A stretch of DNA of 64,000 nucleotides from Selaginella moellendorffii (lineage: Eukaryota; Plantae; Lycopodiophyta): contig NW_003314285.1 in NCBI RefSeq assembly GCF_000143415.4, positions 647,370 to 711,369 on the forward strand. Direction: 5' to 3'. The translations under genes were made by a program, and so were the position numbers. The notes under the pieces are model-generated. The model was not told the DNA's origin. It worked only from the letters and a program-made list of their open reading frames with translations, and ran no database searches. Of the stretch, positions 22,354 to 34,849 are shown one piece after another; positions within the stretch are counted from its first letter, which is position 1; each line of letters begins with the position of its first letter.

Positions 22354-24219
22354 ATGGAAAATCGTTCGTCTCTTTCAACTCTCTTCTTGCTAGCGCTGAT
22401 CTGTGCTTCTTCAGTGGCTGCAGCAACAGATCAATTCACCAAGGCTTTGAATGCTTCGTGTCACAAGGACGACCTCAAGGCCTTGCTCGACTTCAAATCC
22501 ACTATCACTATCAGCTCGGGGAGGCTCAAGGCCTGGACAGGCAAACAGTGCTGTTCATGGCCAACTATCAGGTGTAACAACAAGACTGGAAGAGTCATCT
22601 CCTTGGAGATCATCGATCCTTACGATGCCGGCGATTCCATCGGCTACGAAAGTGCTACCGGATCGATCTCTCCCTCGCTCGGTATGCTCTCCTCTCTCGA
22701 GTCCTTGGCACTTTCTTCGCTAGTTGGTCTTTCCGGGGAGATCCCTGCTTCCATCGGCAAAATCTCGACGCTCAAGAGGCTTTTCCTCGATGGAAACAAC
22801 CTGACTGGTCCCATCCCGGCAGCCATTGGCGCTCTTTCCAGGCTCACGCAGCTCTACCTCGAGGGGAACAAGCTCTCTCAAGCAATTCCTTTCGAGCTCG
22901 GCTCGCTGAAAAATCTCCGGGAGCTTCGTCTCGAGTCCAACCAGCTAACAGGCAGCATACCATCCTCGTTTGGCGACCTTCGCCGTCTCGAGAAGCTGGA
23001 TATATCAAGCAACAGGCTTACCGGCTCCATTCCAGGCTCGATCGTCTCCATCTCAACGCTGAAAGAGTTGCAACTGGCTCACAACAAGATCGCTGGTCCT
23101 GTTCCTTCGGACCTTGGGAAGCTATCTTTGTTGGAAGTGCTGGATCTCTCCGACAATCAGCTCACTGGAAGCCTGCCTTCGTCGCTCGGCAACTGCAAGT
23201 CACTACGAAATCTCTGGCTGTCGGAAAATGAGCTAAGTGGTACCATTCCGGTTTCATGGGGGAGCAGCAGCCTCGTCAACTTGAGCGTCATCGACTTATC
23301 CTTGAATCAGCTCACCGGTGAAGTTCCAAGCTCCTTGGGGTCGCTCCGCAGCCTTGCAGACTTTAACATCGCCCATAACAAGCTGGCTGGAAGCTTTCCC
23401 GACCTCTCCAAGACGCAGCTCGCCACTCTCGACCTGTCTTACAACCAATTTCATCTCCACACCGTCCCGGGCTGGCTGTCAAAACTGCGTGCGAATTACT
23501 TCCGGCTCTCTCTCGCTTCCTGTGGCATCGAGGAGCTGCCATCTTTTCTCTCCCAGCTCAACTTGGGCGTCCTCGATCTCTCCATGAACACCATCAAAGT
23601 GAGACAGCTCCCAACGTTATCGAGCAGCTTTTCTGGATTGTACCATCTCAACCTGTCGTTCAATCCTCTGGCCGTCCCGCTGAGCAGTGACATCAGCAAG
23701 TACTCCGTCTTGACTCGACTGGATCTTCGCTCAACGAGGTTGTCCGGCTCGGTAAGTCCAATCTTCTCTTCTAACTCGTCATTTCTAGAGTTCGTGGATC
23801 TTTCCGACAACCAGCTGGGTGGTCAGATCCCTCCACCTCCGAGTAGAACCCAGGACAGCTGGTCCTACCTCAATCTATCGAAGAACAAGCTCACGGGTAG
23901 CATTCCGAAAGAGATAGCCAACCTCAAAGTGATCAAGACGCTTGACCTCTCGCACAACCAGCTCCAAGGTGGCATTCCTGCAAGCGTCGGAAACTTAACG
24001 TCGCTGGAGTCTCTCGACTTGTCATCGAACAAACTCACCGGTGGAGTTCCTGAGTCGTTGCTGAAGCTGCCCAGCTTGCGATTCTTGAATCTCTCGAGCA
24101 ACTCTCTATCGGGGAAAATACCACAGGGACCGAAGATCCGCAGCTTCCCAGCTGCGGCATTCACAGACAATCCCGGACTGTGTGGCACTCCGCTTCCACC
24201 ATGCAAGAAAGTGTTCTGA
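22354..24219 (+). CDS. Secreted extracellular LRR protein (PGIP/DRT100/RLP-like, no TM or kinase domain)
   Basis: Signal peptide, CHKDD..ALLDFK..W...CC.W..C N-cap, about 19-20 plant LxxLxLxxNxLxGxIP repeats, C-cap FTDNPGLCGTPLPPC, then stop. Confidence 0.92.
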   Translation: MENRSSLSTLFLLALICASSVAAATDQFTKALNASCHKDDLKALLDFKSTITISSGRLKAWTGKQCCSWPTIRCNNKTGRVISLEIIDPYDAGDSIGYESATGSISPSLGMLSSLESLALSSLVGLSGEIPASIGKISTLKRLFLDGNNLTGPIPAAIGALSRLTQLYLEGNKLSQAIPFELGSLKNLRELRLESNQLTGSIPSSFGDLRRLEKLDISSNRLTGSIPGSIVSISTLKELQLAHNKIAGPVPSDLGKLSLLEVLDLSDNQLTGSLPSSLGNCKSLRNLWLSENELSGTIPVSWGSSSLVNLSVIDLSLNQLTGEVPSSLGSLRSLADFNIAHNKLAGSFPDLSKTQLATLDLSYNQFHLHTVPGWLSKLRANYFRLSLASCGIEELPSFLSQLNLGVLDLSMNTIKVRQLPTLSSSFSGLYHLNLSFNPLAVPLSSDISKYSVLTRLDLRSTRLSGSVSPIFSSNSSFLEFVDLSDNQLGGQIPPPPSRTQDSWSYLNLSKNKLTGSIPKEIANLKVIKTLDLSHNQLQGGIPASVGNLTSLESLDLSSNKLTGGVPESLLKLPSLRFLNLSSNSLSGKIPQGPKIRSFPAAAFTDNPGLCGTPLPPCKKVF

Positions 24220-24354
24220 GAACTCACTCATCTCTCGAGTAACAAGAAGAATAGGAGCAGGAACTTTGTGCGGAAATGGAGAAGGACAAGCATGCGGTTG
24301 TGACTACGGAACATCCAACCGCATCATGTGGATCTTAGGTATCAATTGGGGTAT

Positions 24355-24403
24355 CAATTTCTTGCCATTCCCACATGAAAAGGCTGGGAATGGCAAGAAA
24401 TTG
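24355..24403. repeat. Perfect 19-bp inverted repeat with 11-nt loop
   Basis: CAATTTCTTGCCATTCCCA-catgaaaaggc-TGGGAATGGCAAGAAATTG. Confidence 0.85.
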
Positions 24404-25693
24404 TAAAGCTCACCATCCAAAGAAAATTTCTCGTTTTCCATCAGCGGGGCATTGAGCACTGATCTCTCCTCTCTCCAACTTTCCTGGGGCTGCCATGCTT
24501 TCCCTCTTTGCCACTAACTACTTTTATAGTTTCAAGAGGAAGAATCAAAGAACAACACACTCTAGACTAAGAAGAAAGCCTCACATGGGTTTTGGGGCTT
24601 GCTCCATGGACGTGGTGAGCTGGAGCAAGGTGGAGGAGATCCTCCTCATTTTGTAAGGTGATTCTTGCAAGGGATTGGGAGCTTATAGTGATGGTGTCGT
24701 GTGCAAACGCTTCAAGATTGTTGGTCTTTATGACAGGTGGTTCTTCTTGGGAGCTTCTTCAAGGTTGACAGTGGTGGAGTTTCCACATGAAGAGGATTAT
24801 GTCACGAATACTTTGGCAAACCTTCAGCTTCTCTACAATGATAGAGGACATGGTGATGATGAACAGGTTTGTGTTCTTTGGCCCTAGCTACTCAAGATAC
24901 ACGTGACTTTGGCACAAGTCCCTTCACTGGGATTTCAAGGTTTGCCACCTATGTGCTTCTCCAGCAAGTGCAAGCTAGTGGACAACCACACTTTGAAGGT
25001 AGAAGTTTCAACAGAGGCCTCTATCAAGCTGCTGGCCAGAGTTGTGACTCGGTTTTCAAGCATGGATCTGAGCAAAGGCACTGACAAAACACTGATGAGG
25101 GCGACATAGACATGATTTCCTCTTGTGCACTGTCGTATATGCCCCAAATGTAAGCTGCTGAAGAAAGGACCCTGCTGATACTCAAGATATACTCATGGTT
25201 AGATGCACTTCGGCTGAGAGGCTCAGTGAGGATGTAAGGCAATGCCTGATGGATAGATGGTTCCAGTGAGGCTTTTCTTTAAACAGGGCTTTTATTCTCA
25301 GCTCTCCTTATGTAGTCCTTTGGAAGGTGGTAGGAATGATAGAAAAGGTGGTGGCAAAGTCATACAGTGACAAGAAATAAAAGGTGGCAAGGTTGGATGA
25401 GGTCATCAAAAGGAGGGAAATGTTGAAGATAAGAGACATACTTCAGTATGTAGTTTGGTTGACTAAAATTTTTTACTGCCACATAATCCCACAATATGGG
25501 TTGTTTGCAGCCCAAAATTGTTGTTTCATAATCAAATATAGAATGGCATCACATTCACTCTTGCTTGCCACCCAAATATGCTAATAAGTATCATAGGCTC
25601 TCCCTACAAGTTTTGTTCAACCTACTACAGTACCTCATCACAAGGTCTCCAACCTAAAATGTTCTGTTGAACTAAGCCTTTCTTTGTTCCTTG

Positions 25694-25800
25694 AACTCAC
25701 CGGTGGAGTTCCTGAGTCGTTCCTCAAGCTTAAGCTGCCCAAGCCTGAATCTCTCGAGCAACTATAGAGAAAAATACCACAAGTGTTTTAAGCTCATCTC
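25694..25800 (+). pseudogene. Deleted duplicate of the 3' end of the LRR gene
   Basis: aactcaccggtggagttcctgagtcgtt, gaatctctcgagcaact, aaaataccaca and aagtgtt match 24032-24235 in order, with gaps. Confidence 0.8.
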
Positions 25801-27829
25801 ACTCACAGGAGCAGGTTTCCAATAAGCCTCGATCAACCTCGGCACTTTGAGAGTGGATGCTCGACAGAACGATGTAAGGCGAAGCACTGCTGCCATCCTC
25901 GTCAAGCTCGAGCACTTGCTTGCCTAGGTACTCCCCTCTCTTAGCATCGCCGTGACTCTTACATGCAGCGAGAAGTATCCTCCAGGCCGAGCATCCCGGT
26001 TCAAACGGCATCTTGGCAACGAGCTCCTCAGCTTGCTGCAGCATTCCAGATCGCGAGAGAAGATCAATAACGCACTCATAGTGATCTCCTGTTCGCATTA
26101 CACCAAAGTCCATTTCTATGGAGCCGAAGTTGACGACACCATGGAGCAGCAGCCCAGCATGGCTACAAGCCGATAGGACGCTCTTGAAAGTCACGTGGTC
26201 GGGATCCACTCCATGGATCTGCATCGCGCTAAACAGCTCCAGTGCTTCTCCGGCCAGCCCGTTGTCGGCATAGGACGTGATCATCGCATTCCAGGACCCG
26301 ACCACCTTGTTCGGATTCCTCTCAAAAAGTGCTCTCGCGGTGGAGAGCGATCCGGCTCTTCCATAGAGGCTCACCAATGCAGTGGCGAGGAACGCATCTG
26401 GCTCCACTCCAGCGGCAACTATATCGTAGTGGATGATCCTGCCGAGCTCAAACCAGTGGAGCGTTGTGCACGCGTCGATGGCGGTCGAGAACGTGATCTC
26501 ATTGGGAGTTATCCCTTCCAAATCCATGGACTTGAAGAGCTCGAGAGCCTCCGCCGGATTTCCAAGCTGTGCGTATGCTGCCACCATCGAGTTCCAAGTC
26601 ACAAGGTTTCGCTGCGGCATCTTATCGAAGACGAAGAAGCGAGCGTCCTCCACGCAGCGGTTCTGTGCGTAGAGGCAAAGCAGCGCCGTCCAGGTGACCA
26701 CAGTTCTCTCCGGAATCATCGCAAAAAGCAAGCTCGAGTAGGAGGCATCGCTGAGCTGGGCGCTCGCTTGGATCATCTCGTTCCACGACACGGAGCTGTG
26801 CTGTGGCATCCTTGCGAAGAAGCTATCAGCGAGATCCATTCGTCCAGCCTTGGCATAAGCTCCTAGCATGATATTTCCAGAGACTACGTCTCGTCCTGGA
26901 GGCATGCTCGCAAACAAGCTCTCGGCGTTTTTGAGCTGCTTGGAAGCCAGCAGCATGACGTTCCATGAAACTATATCTCGCTCCGGCATAAGCTCAAACA
27001 TCTTTGCTACTTCCTCTACGCTTCCAGCTTTAGCTAGAGCCTGCATTGCTGAGTTCCACGATTCGGCAGTTCTTCCGGGCATTTTGTCGAACAGACGTCT
27101 ACATTGACATGAATCCCCGCACTGGGCATATGCCGAGATCATCAAGTTCCAGGTGATGGTGCTTCGCTCCGGCATGTTGTCAAAGTATGCCTTTGCGTGT
27201 CCAATGTTGCCACTGTATATGTAGCCTGATATTATGGCTGTCCAAGTCACAACGTTGTAGAACGGCATTCTTTGTAGAAAAAGTTTTGCGTCCTCAAGTT
27301 CTTCATTTTGGGTAAGCGCTGACAACATTGCATTCCATGCTACCACGTCTCGGTTCTTTGTAGCATGAAAGATTTGTTTTGCGTCACTGGTATTTCCCTT
27401 TTTCCCGTATGTTATCATCATAGTTGTGGAAGAAGAAAGGCTGCTTTCGGGGAGATGATCAAACAAGTCCCTAGACTCCTCTAAACTCCCCGCTCTTGCT
27501 TTCACTGTGATCATGGTGCTGTAAGTTACCAGCGAGTGCTGAGCCATCTTTCTAAAGATTATATCCGCCTCTCGCAAGTTCCAACTGTGAGTGTAAGCCG
27601 CTAGTAGATTGTTCCAGCTGAAGACATTGCGCTGTGCAATCGAATCAAAGACCAGTGCGGCATCTTGTGGAGCCCCGCAGCTTCCATACATTTGGACGAG
27701 GAGGTTGCCCATGTAAGTCTCGTGATGGAAGCCATGAGCCTTGAGCTTCTCGTGAGCTTTCCTGCCTCTCAGTAGCGCCTTTGTTTTGCTGCATTGGCCA
27801 AGAAGTGCCTCGAACGAGGCCCTCTCCAT
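25799..27829 (-). CDS. PLS-class PPR protein rich in short SS motifs, with an E domain and no DYW
   Basis: 676-aa single-exon ORF; ~31-aa FDxMPER..V.WN repeats; LSACSHAG, HYECVIDLLSRSG, PYIVLSSI. Confidence 0.9.
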   Translation of the reverse strand: MERASFEALLGQCSKTKALLRGRKAHEKLKAHGFHHETYMGNLLVQMYGSCGAPQDAALVFDSIAQRNVFSWNNLLAAYTHSWNLREADIIFRKMAQHSLVTYSTMITVKARAGSLEESRDLFDHLPESSLSSSTTMMITYGKKGNTSDAKQIFHATKNRDVVAWNAMLSALTQNEELEDAKLFLQRMPFYNVVTWTAIISGYIYSGNIGHAKAYFDNMPERSTITWNLMISAYAQCGDSCQCRRLFDKMPGRTAESWNSAMQALAKAGSVEEVAKMFELMPERDIVSWNVMLLASKQLKNAESLFASMPPGRDVVSGNIMLGAYAKAGRMDLADSFFARMPQHSSVSWNEMIQASAQLSDASYSSLLFAMIPERTVVTWTALLCLYAQNRCVEDARFFVFDKMPQRNLVTWNSMVAAYAQLGNPAEALELFKSMDLEGITPNEITFSTAIDACTTLHWFELGRIIHYDIVAAGVEPDAFLATALVSLYGRAGSLSTARALFERNPNKVVGSWNAMITSYADNGLAGEALELFSAMQIHGVDPDHVTFKSVLSACSHAGLLLHGVVNFGSIEMDFGVMRTGDHYECVIDLLSRSGMLQQAEELVAKMPFEPGCSAWRILLAACKSHGDAKRGEYLGKQVLELDEDGSSASPYIVLSSIHSQSAEVDRGLLETCSCE

Positions 27830-28466
27830 TAGAAACCATCATTCTTGACTAAGAACTTATGAGCACAAACTTTCACGAAATATTAATGTACAAAACTAAT
27901 TTAAATTATGGCTTTTGCCAATAGAAGCATTGATTCAGTACTATAAAGAGGAATAGTATTTTCAATTTCAAGCTGGGTAAATAGAAATATAGATTGTGGC
28001 TAATAAGTGTATACCTAAACTATCTAGTGACAGTGTGGCAAGCAATTTATGATTGCAATTTGGGGGGAGGTGTATTTATGATGGTTGATCTATTAAAAAA
28101 TCTTGCAAAAAAAAAAATTGCTTAAATTACATGTGTGACTTATAAAATAATTTTTTGAGTAGATTTTTTTTATGCATGGGTATGTATTGATGCCCACCAC
28201 ATATACATGGTAAAGTTCATATCAACACCACACCATATATATGACTTTTTGTGTTGTGTCTTTATATCAATTTTTTTCTCTACATGTTAGTAGGGTTTAA
28301 AGTTTGGGTTTTGTGGGTGTTATATTTTTTTAATATGTTAGATTTTAAATGCTTTTTGAAAACTCACTATTGCTGCATACTTGGGGCACTCTCTCTATAA
28401 ATGAGTGGTTTTGCAACTAATAAAGAAATTCTTGTGTGCAATGCTAAAAACCAATAGATGCCTCAA

Positions 28467-28575
28467 CACTCCAATTGATCAAACTTGCTATTGCACTCCA
28501 ATTGATTGCACTTGTTACTACACTCCAATTGTGCTCACCATCATGCTCTAATTGATTATGCTTGCTACTATGCTA
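28467..28575 (+). repeat. Degenerate ~27-bp tandem repeat (CACTCCAATTGAT core)
   Basis: 3-4 copies of cactccaattga..cttgYta. Confidence 0.6.
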
Positions 28576-29199
28576 GATTAGGGTGCTACACTACAAACAA
28601 GTGTAAGAAATGAGAGGCATGATCAATTGATTGGTGCATAATGCTTATATTTGGGGGAGTTACACCTCCAAACCATGAGAAATGAGCTACAGTAGTAAGA
28701 AATGAAAGGAGAGAGACGATCACAATTAACACATTACAAATCTTCACACATGAAAATAAAACCATAAAAACTCACTAGATTGTAGTGATGTCATATTGTC
28801 TAGAATGATGTGGAATGATATTTACATGGTAGTGTGAGATGTCATGCCACATGTATATAGGGTATAGCCCATGACAAAAATATTGATTGTTTTTTATATA
28901 CAACTTAAAACAAAAAAATAAATCCGTATTTATACAATCACATATTTGTTGCTATAGCCTTAGATCATAATTCATTGTAGATAGCTCTTAGAGTGTGAAT
29001 TTGTATATCATTCCCATTCTTGTTCATCTTTTTTTTCTTATTCATCACTTTTATAGGAAATGCATATTGAATAAGAATATTATACCGTATAAATTGAGGA
29101 TCAAACAACTTCATTTCTTTTGTTTAGCAGGAGAGGCCCAATTGGCAAAGTTTTCAATCATAGTCAATAGAAACAATTGAACCAAGAGGAGGATGAAAA

Positions 29200-29900
29200 T
29201 AGGTTCTTAAAAATTATAATCTACTGTGGTTAATTGGCACTATCAGAAGTCTTTTATAAAGCAGATTAAGGTTGAAGACCTCCTAGAGAGGTGACCAATC
29301 CAAGTTAGGGTTGATCCATGTGACAGCAATAGAAGGGTACTATGTGGCAGTTGGTTGTTGTTTCTTCATTGCCTTCTTGCCTCTGGCTGCCCTAGATGTG
29401 CCTAACTTTAATCCATCATGATCAAGGCCTCCTCCAGCTAGGAATGATGCAGCCTAGCTTCTATGTTATAGGTGTGCCTTGCATTGTAGCAAATGCTGAT
29501 TCCTAGTTCAAAACACTCTTCTTTTGCACCATGACTCCACTAACTTTTCCTTGGGTGATGCTTGACACCTCTCTACACTTGGGATTTCATGGCTTGTAAG
29601 TCTTTTGTAAATTCCCATAAACATGGCCAAAAGATGTTAGAAAGGCTTATACCTAAGGAACACTGTGTTTCTACAATTGATTAAAAGCTACATAAAAATT
29701 CTTTTCCAACTCAACTATGGGATGGTGACTGAGTCAATTTTGTGAAGCTGTAACTTCTAGAAGCCAACACCTTAATTCCCCCACAGAATCTTTAATTTCA
29801 CTATCTGACTAATTTCCTCCCTATCATTTACCACAATCTTCCTATATGAATTAAACTTGACTTTGACTGTTCTCCCTTTTATGATATATTGCACATTAGG
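29200..29900 (-). mobile_element. Possible decayed gag remnant
   Basis: ICYN..H zinc-knuckle-like remnant near 29480-29495; otherwise heavily degenerate. Confidence 0.25.
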
Positions 29901-31064
29901 TCTCACTTTTGAGATAACATCAGTTGAGAAAAGAATAATTCTTTGGCATCTATTAGAAGCATTCTATTAAGAAATAAATTGCCCTATTAACTATTATAAG
30001 AAATTAATTTAGTTATATTTGTCTTGAAAAAAAAGAATACCATGCCCTAGAATGTAGACACAAAAACATAAAATAATACTCAAAAACATGTTAGTAAAGT
30101 GCCCTAGAATTTGCCCTAACAATTTCCCTAGTAAACACCAAAACAAAGTAAAATAATATTGATATATTAAAGTTTTAAAAACAATTATTCAAATATTATA
30201 ACTGCATAGTAAAAATAAAAATAAAAATTTTAATAACACTATAATATAAAAATTGATATTTATATATAATTATTAGACCTTGATTAGAAAAACAAAATTC
30301 TGTTAAAGTAATGAATATAAAATTTAAGATTTTAAGTTTTATAATTTTAATATATTTTAAAATTTGTTTTGTATATGGGACACCATATACAAGATTTGGA
30401 AATGTTAGAGTTTTAAATTTATATGAATATTTTACAAATATTTACAGACTATTATAAATTAATAAATAAAATTGATAGTCAATATTCATATCTAACAAGT
30501 TTTAATGATAGTAGTGAACTATCTACATCTCAAGGAATTATTAATTTAATTATTAAATATAAAAATATTTGTACTACTAAAAAAACCTTTTATGGTAAAA
30601 ACATTTTTTTTGATACAGTATAATTTAATCAAGGAAACAGAACTTTATATACAAGAGTATTAGTTAAGCTTTCAAGTTCCCTTTAACAGATTATATTTCT
30701 TTTATTATTTTGATGCAAGTAATATGCATATTCCTAAATTAGTATTGTATTCAAGTAATATTTTAGTTTTTTTAAATGCTAAAACATATTAATTCTTCAA
30801 TCAAATTGATTTTTTAAGATGTATTCAAAATTCCATATTATTTGGGAGATAAAGATATCTTCAAATAATTTATTCGATTGTATTTTAGTTTTAAAAAATG
30901 ATGATAATTTAGTTTTATACCATGGTAAAAATATTTTATGGACTACCAACTCATATTGTTTAGCACAACAATTTTTTTAATCAACAATATTTTCTATCTA
31001 AATAATTGTAATTTATTTTTTATGAAATAAATTTTCCAAATAAAATTTTATAATCATCAAATAC

Positions 31065-31226
31065 TGTAGTGCATGTGATCATAGGATGAGATTTGGATAT
31101 ACTATCACCATGGATCCTTAGAACCTTAGGGGATAAATGGGGATAAAATAGCCATTAAAGGCTCTCTCATTAAGTAATTGCCTTTTTTCCAGTTGGCTTA
31201 AGAGGAAAGAGATAAAGTGCACTACA
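31065..31226 (+). mobile_element. Solo LTR of the TRIM family seen at 6379-7032
   Basis: 162 bp, TGT..ACA, collinear with the reverse complement of the TRIM LTRs. Confidence 0.88.
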
Positions 31227-31329
31227 ATAAATACTTCAAAATGTTTTATGTTCCATATAGTAATGATGATGATAATAATAAAAATAATAATTAATATACC
31301 AAAAATTTTATATTATATACCTCTATAAG

Positions 31330-34300
31330 TGCATAGAATATAGAAATGAAATACAAAAAATGTGCATATCAATTAACCTAAAAGCCCTAACTTGTATATA
31401 GGAGCGAGTGGTCCAGATTTAAACCAATCTGACGACTATGAAAATCCTACTATGTTAATATTAATATATAACATTGTAACTATACACTTGAACCTCACAT
31501 CATCTCCTCTCAGAATGATGAAAAATAGTTAGGGTTCTCTCATAGACAGGCTAGGATCTGGAAAAACATTAAGAAGTATTAGTGGATCTGTAAGTGGTGT
31601 TAGTTGTTCGTGATCCCTTTGTATAAAGCGTTTTAGTTGTTGTACATACATAATTTTTGGAGGATTGGTTTGTTGAACATCATGCCAAACCTTATAAACT
31701 TGCGGTCCAACTTGCCACAACATCTAATACAATTCCTTCCATTTAAAAAGAAGCCCTTTAGACAAACCAAATACCAAAACAGATTAACATTAAGTCATCC
31801 ATTTTGTACTCCATAGGTGGACGATAATGAGAGTTGTAATGATATTGTTGTCTCATTTATAACGGCCTAGGTTTTTGGCAAATTCTACTTGGACAAGTGG
31901 AAGAATGCTCGTCAAATATTGATCCCAAGACCTAGTATTAGCAGCTTGTGGCAATTACGAAGGTAAACCCAACTTCGTTAATAGTATTAGATCATAACTA
32001 TATAGGACTTTTTATAGTGAAGAACTAATAGAACTCTGCACCTCTGTGATATACACATATAAAAAAAACAGCAAATAACCATCATAATTTGAATGTTGAA
32101 AGTTCATGTATTTCGCAATCATCCCTTTGAAAATCCATACGAGCCATTCCACCAAACTATCTAATTGTGGATGATAAACACTTGTGAAAGTGTGGCATAT
32201 CCCCAACTGAGACGTCAAAATGTGAAAAGCCTTAGCCATAAATGCGAGACCATTATTCGAAAAAATTCGCTCTAGACAAGAATGTTGGAACATCACTTGA
32301 TTGAGAAGGAAGTATTCAACAATAGTTGCAGACACACTAGCAAGAGCACCTATTTTCACCTAGTGAGTCAAGTAGTTAGAAGCAAAATGATATACTCATT
32401 GACAGCAGTCAAACGTGGAAAAGGCCCCATTATATCAAATGCCACCCACTCACATATACAGGAAACTGCAATTAACTCTAATTATCTTTTTGTAACATGA
32501 GGGGGAGTATTATGAGTTTGGCACCAAATGTAGTTATGCATATACTAGATAATATCACGTCGCATCTTTGGCCAATAGAAATATTTATATAGCTTCTTGG
32601 TCATACAATGATGTATTATATGCTCGCATAGAATAGGAGAATCATGGTAAGCATAGAGAAAATGTGGAATAAAGATTGAAGGCACCACTAGCTATAAATA
32701 ATTATCAGAATCTATCCTCATAAAATAAAAAAGACTATCTTCAAGGTAATATTAAGAATGTAAATGCTGAAATGGCAAGTCATCAGCAAGTGATGCAAAA
32801 TTCTTAAACTTATTGCGAAATCTTCAAATCCATAGCTTAACTTTTGAGCTTCATGAACCTTATTAGGAAAAGGTAAATTTTGCTCTGTACCTTGTGAATA
32901 TTGAACATCAAGTATAGCAACTGCCAATAGCATAGAATCCTTGTCCAAAAAATCCATAAATGCTGGAACAATAGACTCATTAAAAATATGAAAAGAAAGC
33001 AAAAAAGGAGTAGGAGTTTGAGAAAGGGTATTAGTATCAGCCATAGAACTCCCTGGGCAATAAACAACGTCAAAATTATATATTTGAAGCTTTAAAGTTG
33101 TTGCAAATGCGACTTTAGGTATTGAAAGTTACTTGTTGGCTAATCCTTACGGACACTCTCTTTTTATTACCATGACAACAAAAGGTTGGTACAACTAGTT
33201 CCCTTTATAATTCCCATTTGAGCTAATTGAGAAATTGGTCAATACCTGTGCTTGGATAAACATAAAGTAAGAATTCCTATGTGTTTTTTTTTAAGCATAC
33301 TTGGCTTAGTTTGAGAAACTCGTATCATTGGCTTGCATTTGTTAGTATCAAGAAACCCTATAATATTGAGTCTAGTCCCTCAATATCATTATATGATAAC
33401 TTACTGTGTCCACCAGACACCCTCGCTATAATATCTTATGTGTTGGTTCCATTCTGAATCTATATGCTATTTATAGTAAGTGTCTAAATTTGCTCAAGAG
33501 GCATATCTATGGAATATAGAGAGTGTCATAAACCATATGGTGTTGTTCTTACTCTTTGATTTACGATCTTTCACCATTTTATATTTAGTAAATTTTCATG
33601 CTTATCCCAGAGACTAACTCCTAGTACTAAAAGGACTAAAGGTGAAAGCCTAAAACATGAGTTCCTCAAGAGGGGGGGGGGAAGGGGGGCTGCTCTAAAT
33701 ATATAGTAGGGATAGTGGTTAAAATGCATGTATCAACCACTTGAGATATTAATTTCACTCGTGTTGGGTTATATCACTCCTTGTTTTGTATTTGGCTTGG
33801 GTCTAAGCCCAAGCTCCATGCTGCTCTAGTCGGAAGGGCCCAAGCATGTCCAAATATGAGAGAATGCTCCAATCCTCATGAATGGTTGTGCTCAAACCAT
33901 TATACCACTGCAGTGTTATCTCTTGGAAATACATACGAAACTCATGTAAATGTTGAGCATCATCCTAAGAATGATATATGGCAATCACCATAAAGTGATC
34001 AAATCAATGACACATATCATCCCCAGGATTCCCATGGAAGAACTTTGGCTAGATGCAAGGATTGGCAGCAACAATAAGAGGAGTTGTATTATAGGTTGTG
34101 AATCCCACCATCAACTAAGTTTAATTATTTAATTGCAACCACATAGCATCAAGTAATTACACCAATTATTGTTCCAAAATCAAAGGAGGAGGTTGTTGCT
34201 TTGCCATAAAAAGAAAAAAAAATTAAAAGAGAAGAAATTGTAAAAGCTATAAAGAAAAGGAAATTTAGACAATGCAAAAGCTAAATTTAAAGTAAAATCC

Positions 34301-34490
34301 TAAATCCAAACACTCTTTAAGGACAATCAAAGTTGCATCTCACCTCCACTAATATGAGTGCTTAAAATATAGATATGGAATACAGAAATATGCATATCAA
34401 TTAACCCAAAACGTTTGGATTGAAATCGATCTAATGTCCCACTATGCTAATATTAGTATACGGCATTGTAGCAGTAAACTTGAACCACAC
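31330..34490 (-). mobile_element. Degenerate gypsy element, family B (LTR-like ends ~31330-31500 and ~34365-34490, integrase remnant)
   Basis: IFSNNG..F..TSVYHPQLDSLVE integrase core at 32012-32359; purine tract on minus next to 31500; related end sequence also at ~17995-18120 in the opposite orientation. Confidence 0.6.
33190..33830 (+). mobile_element. Fragment of gypsy family A (3' internal region, PPT and partial LTR) nested in family B
   Basis: Collinear with 12370-13010, including gagactaactc..ggtgaaagcc..ttcctcaag(G)n. Confidence 0.75.
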
Positions 34491-34595
34491 ACCTTCATAA
34501 TTATTATTTTAATCAATAAATATATTATTATTTAAAATTTTCATTATTATTGATTATTGTTACTGATCTCCAGGTTTTTTTTTTTTTTTGCTTTA

Positions 34596-34840
34596 GATGA
34601 ACTATTCTTGATAATTAGTAACACCAAATTCTTGTTAGTAAATACAGTTTTTTCTAAATAATTATTGACTTAGTTTCTTGTCCTCTAGTGACTACAGGAC
34701 AATTTGTCATACTAAAATTTCATTAAATAGTACTCACTTCATAATATTTAAGGAATAAATTAAGATGAAAAATCATCTATCCTCTTTCAACTGTCTTCTT
34801 ATCATGCTAATCTTTACTCAATATATAAAATGTTTACAAT
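34596..34840 (+). repeat. ~245-bp dispersed repeat, second copy at 60713-60951
   Basis: gatgaactattcttga...aatataaaatgtttacaat nearly identical at both loci. Confidence 0.85.
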
Positions 34841-34849
34841 CCACTACAA

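Noticed and set aside
24560-25400. Coding-like segment between the LRR and PPR genes
   Set aside because: Only short broken frames with no recognisable family.
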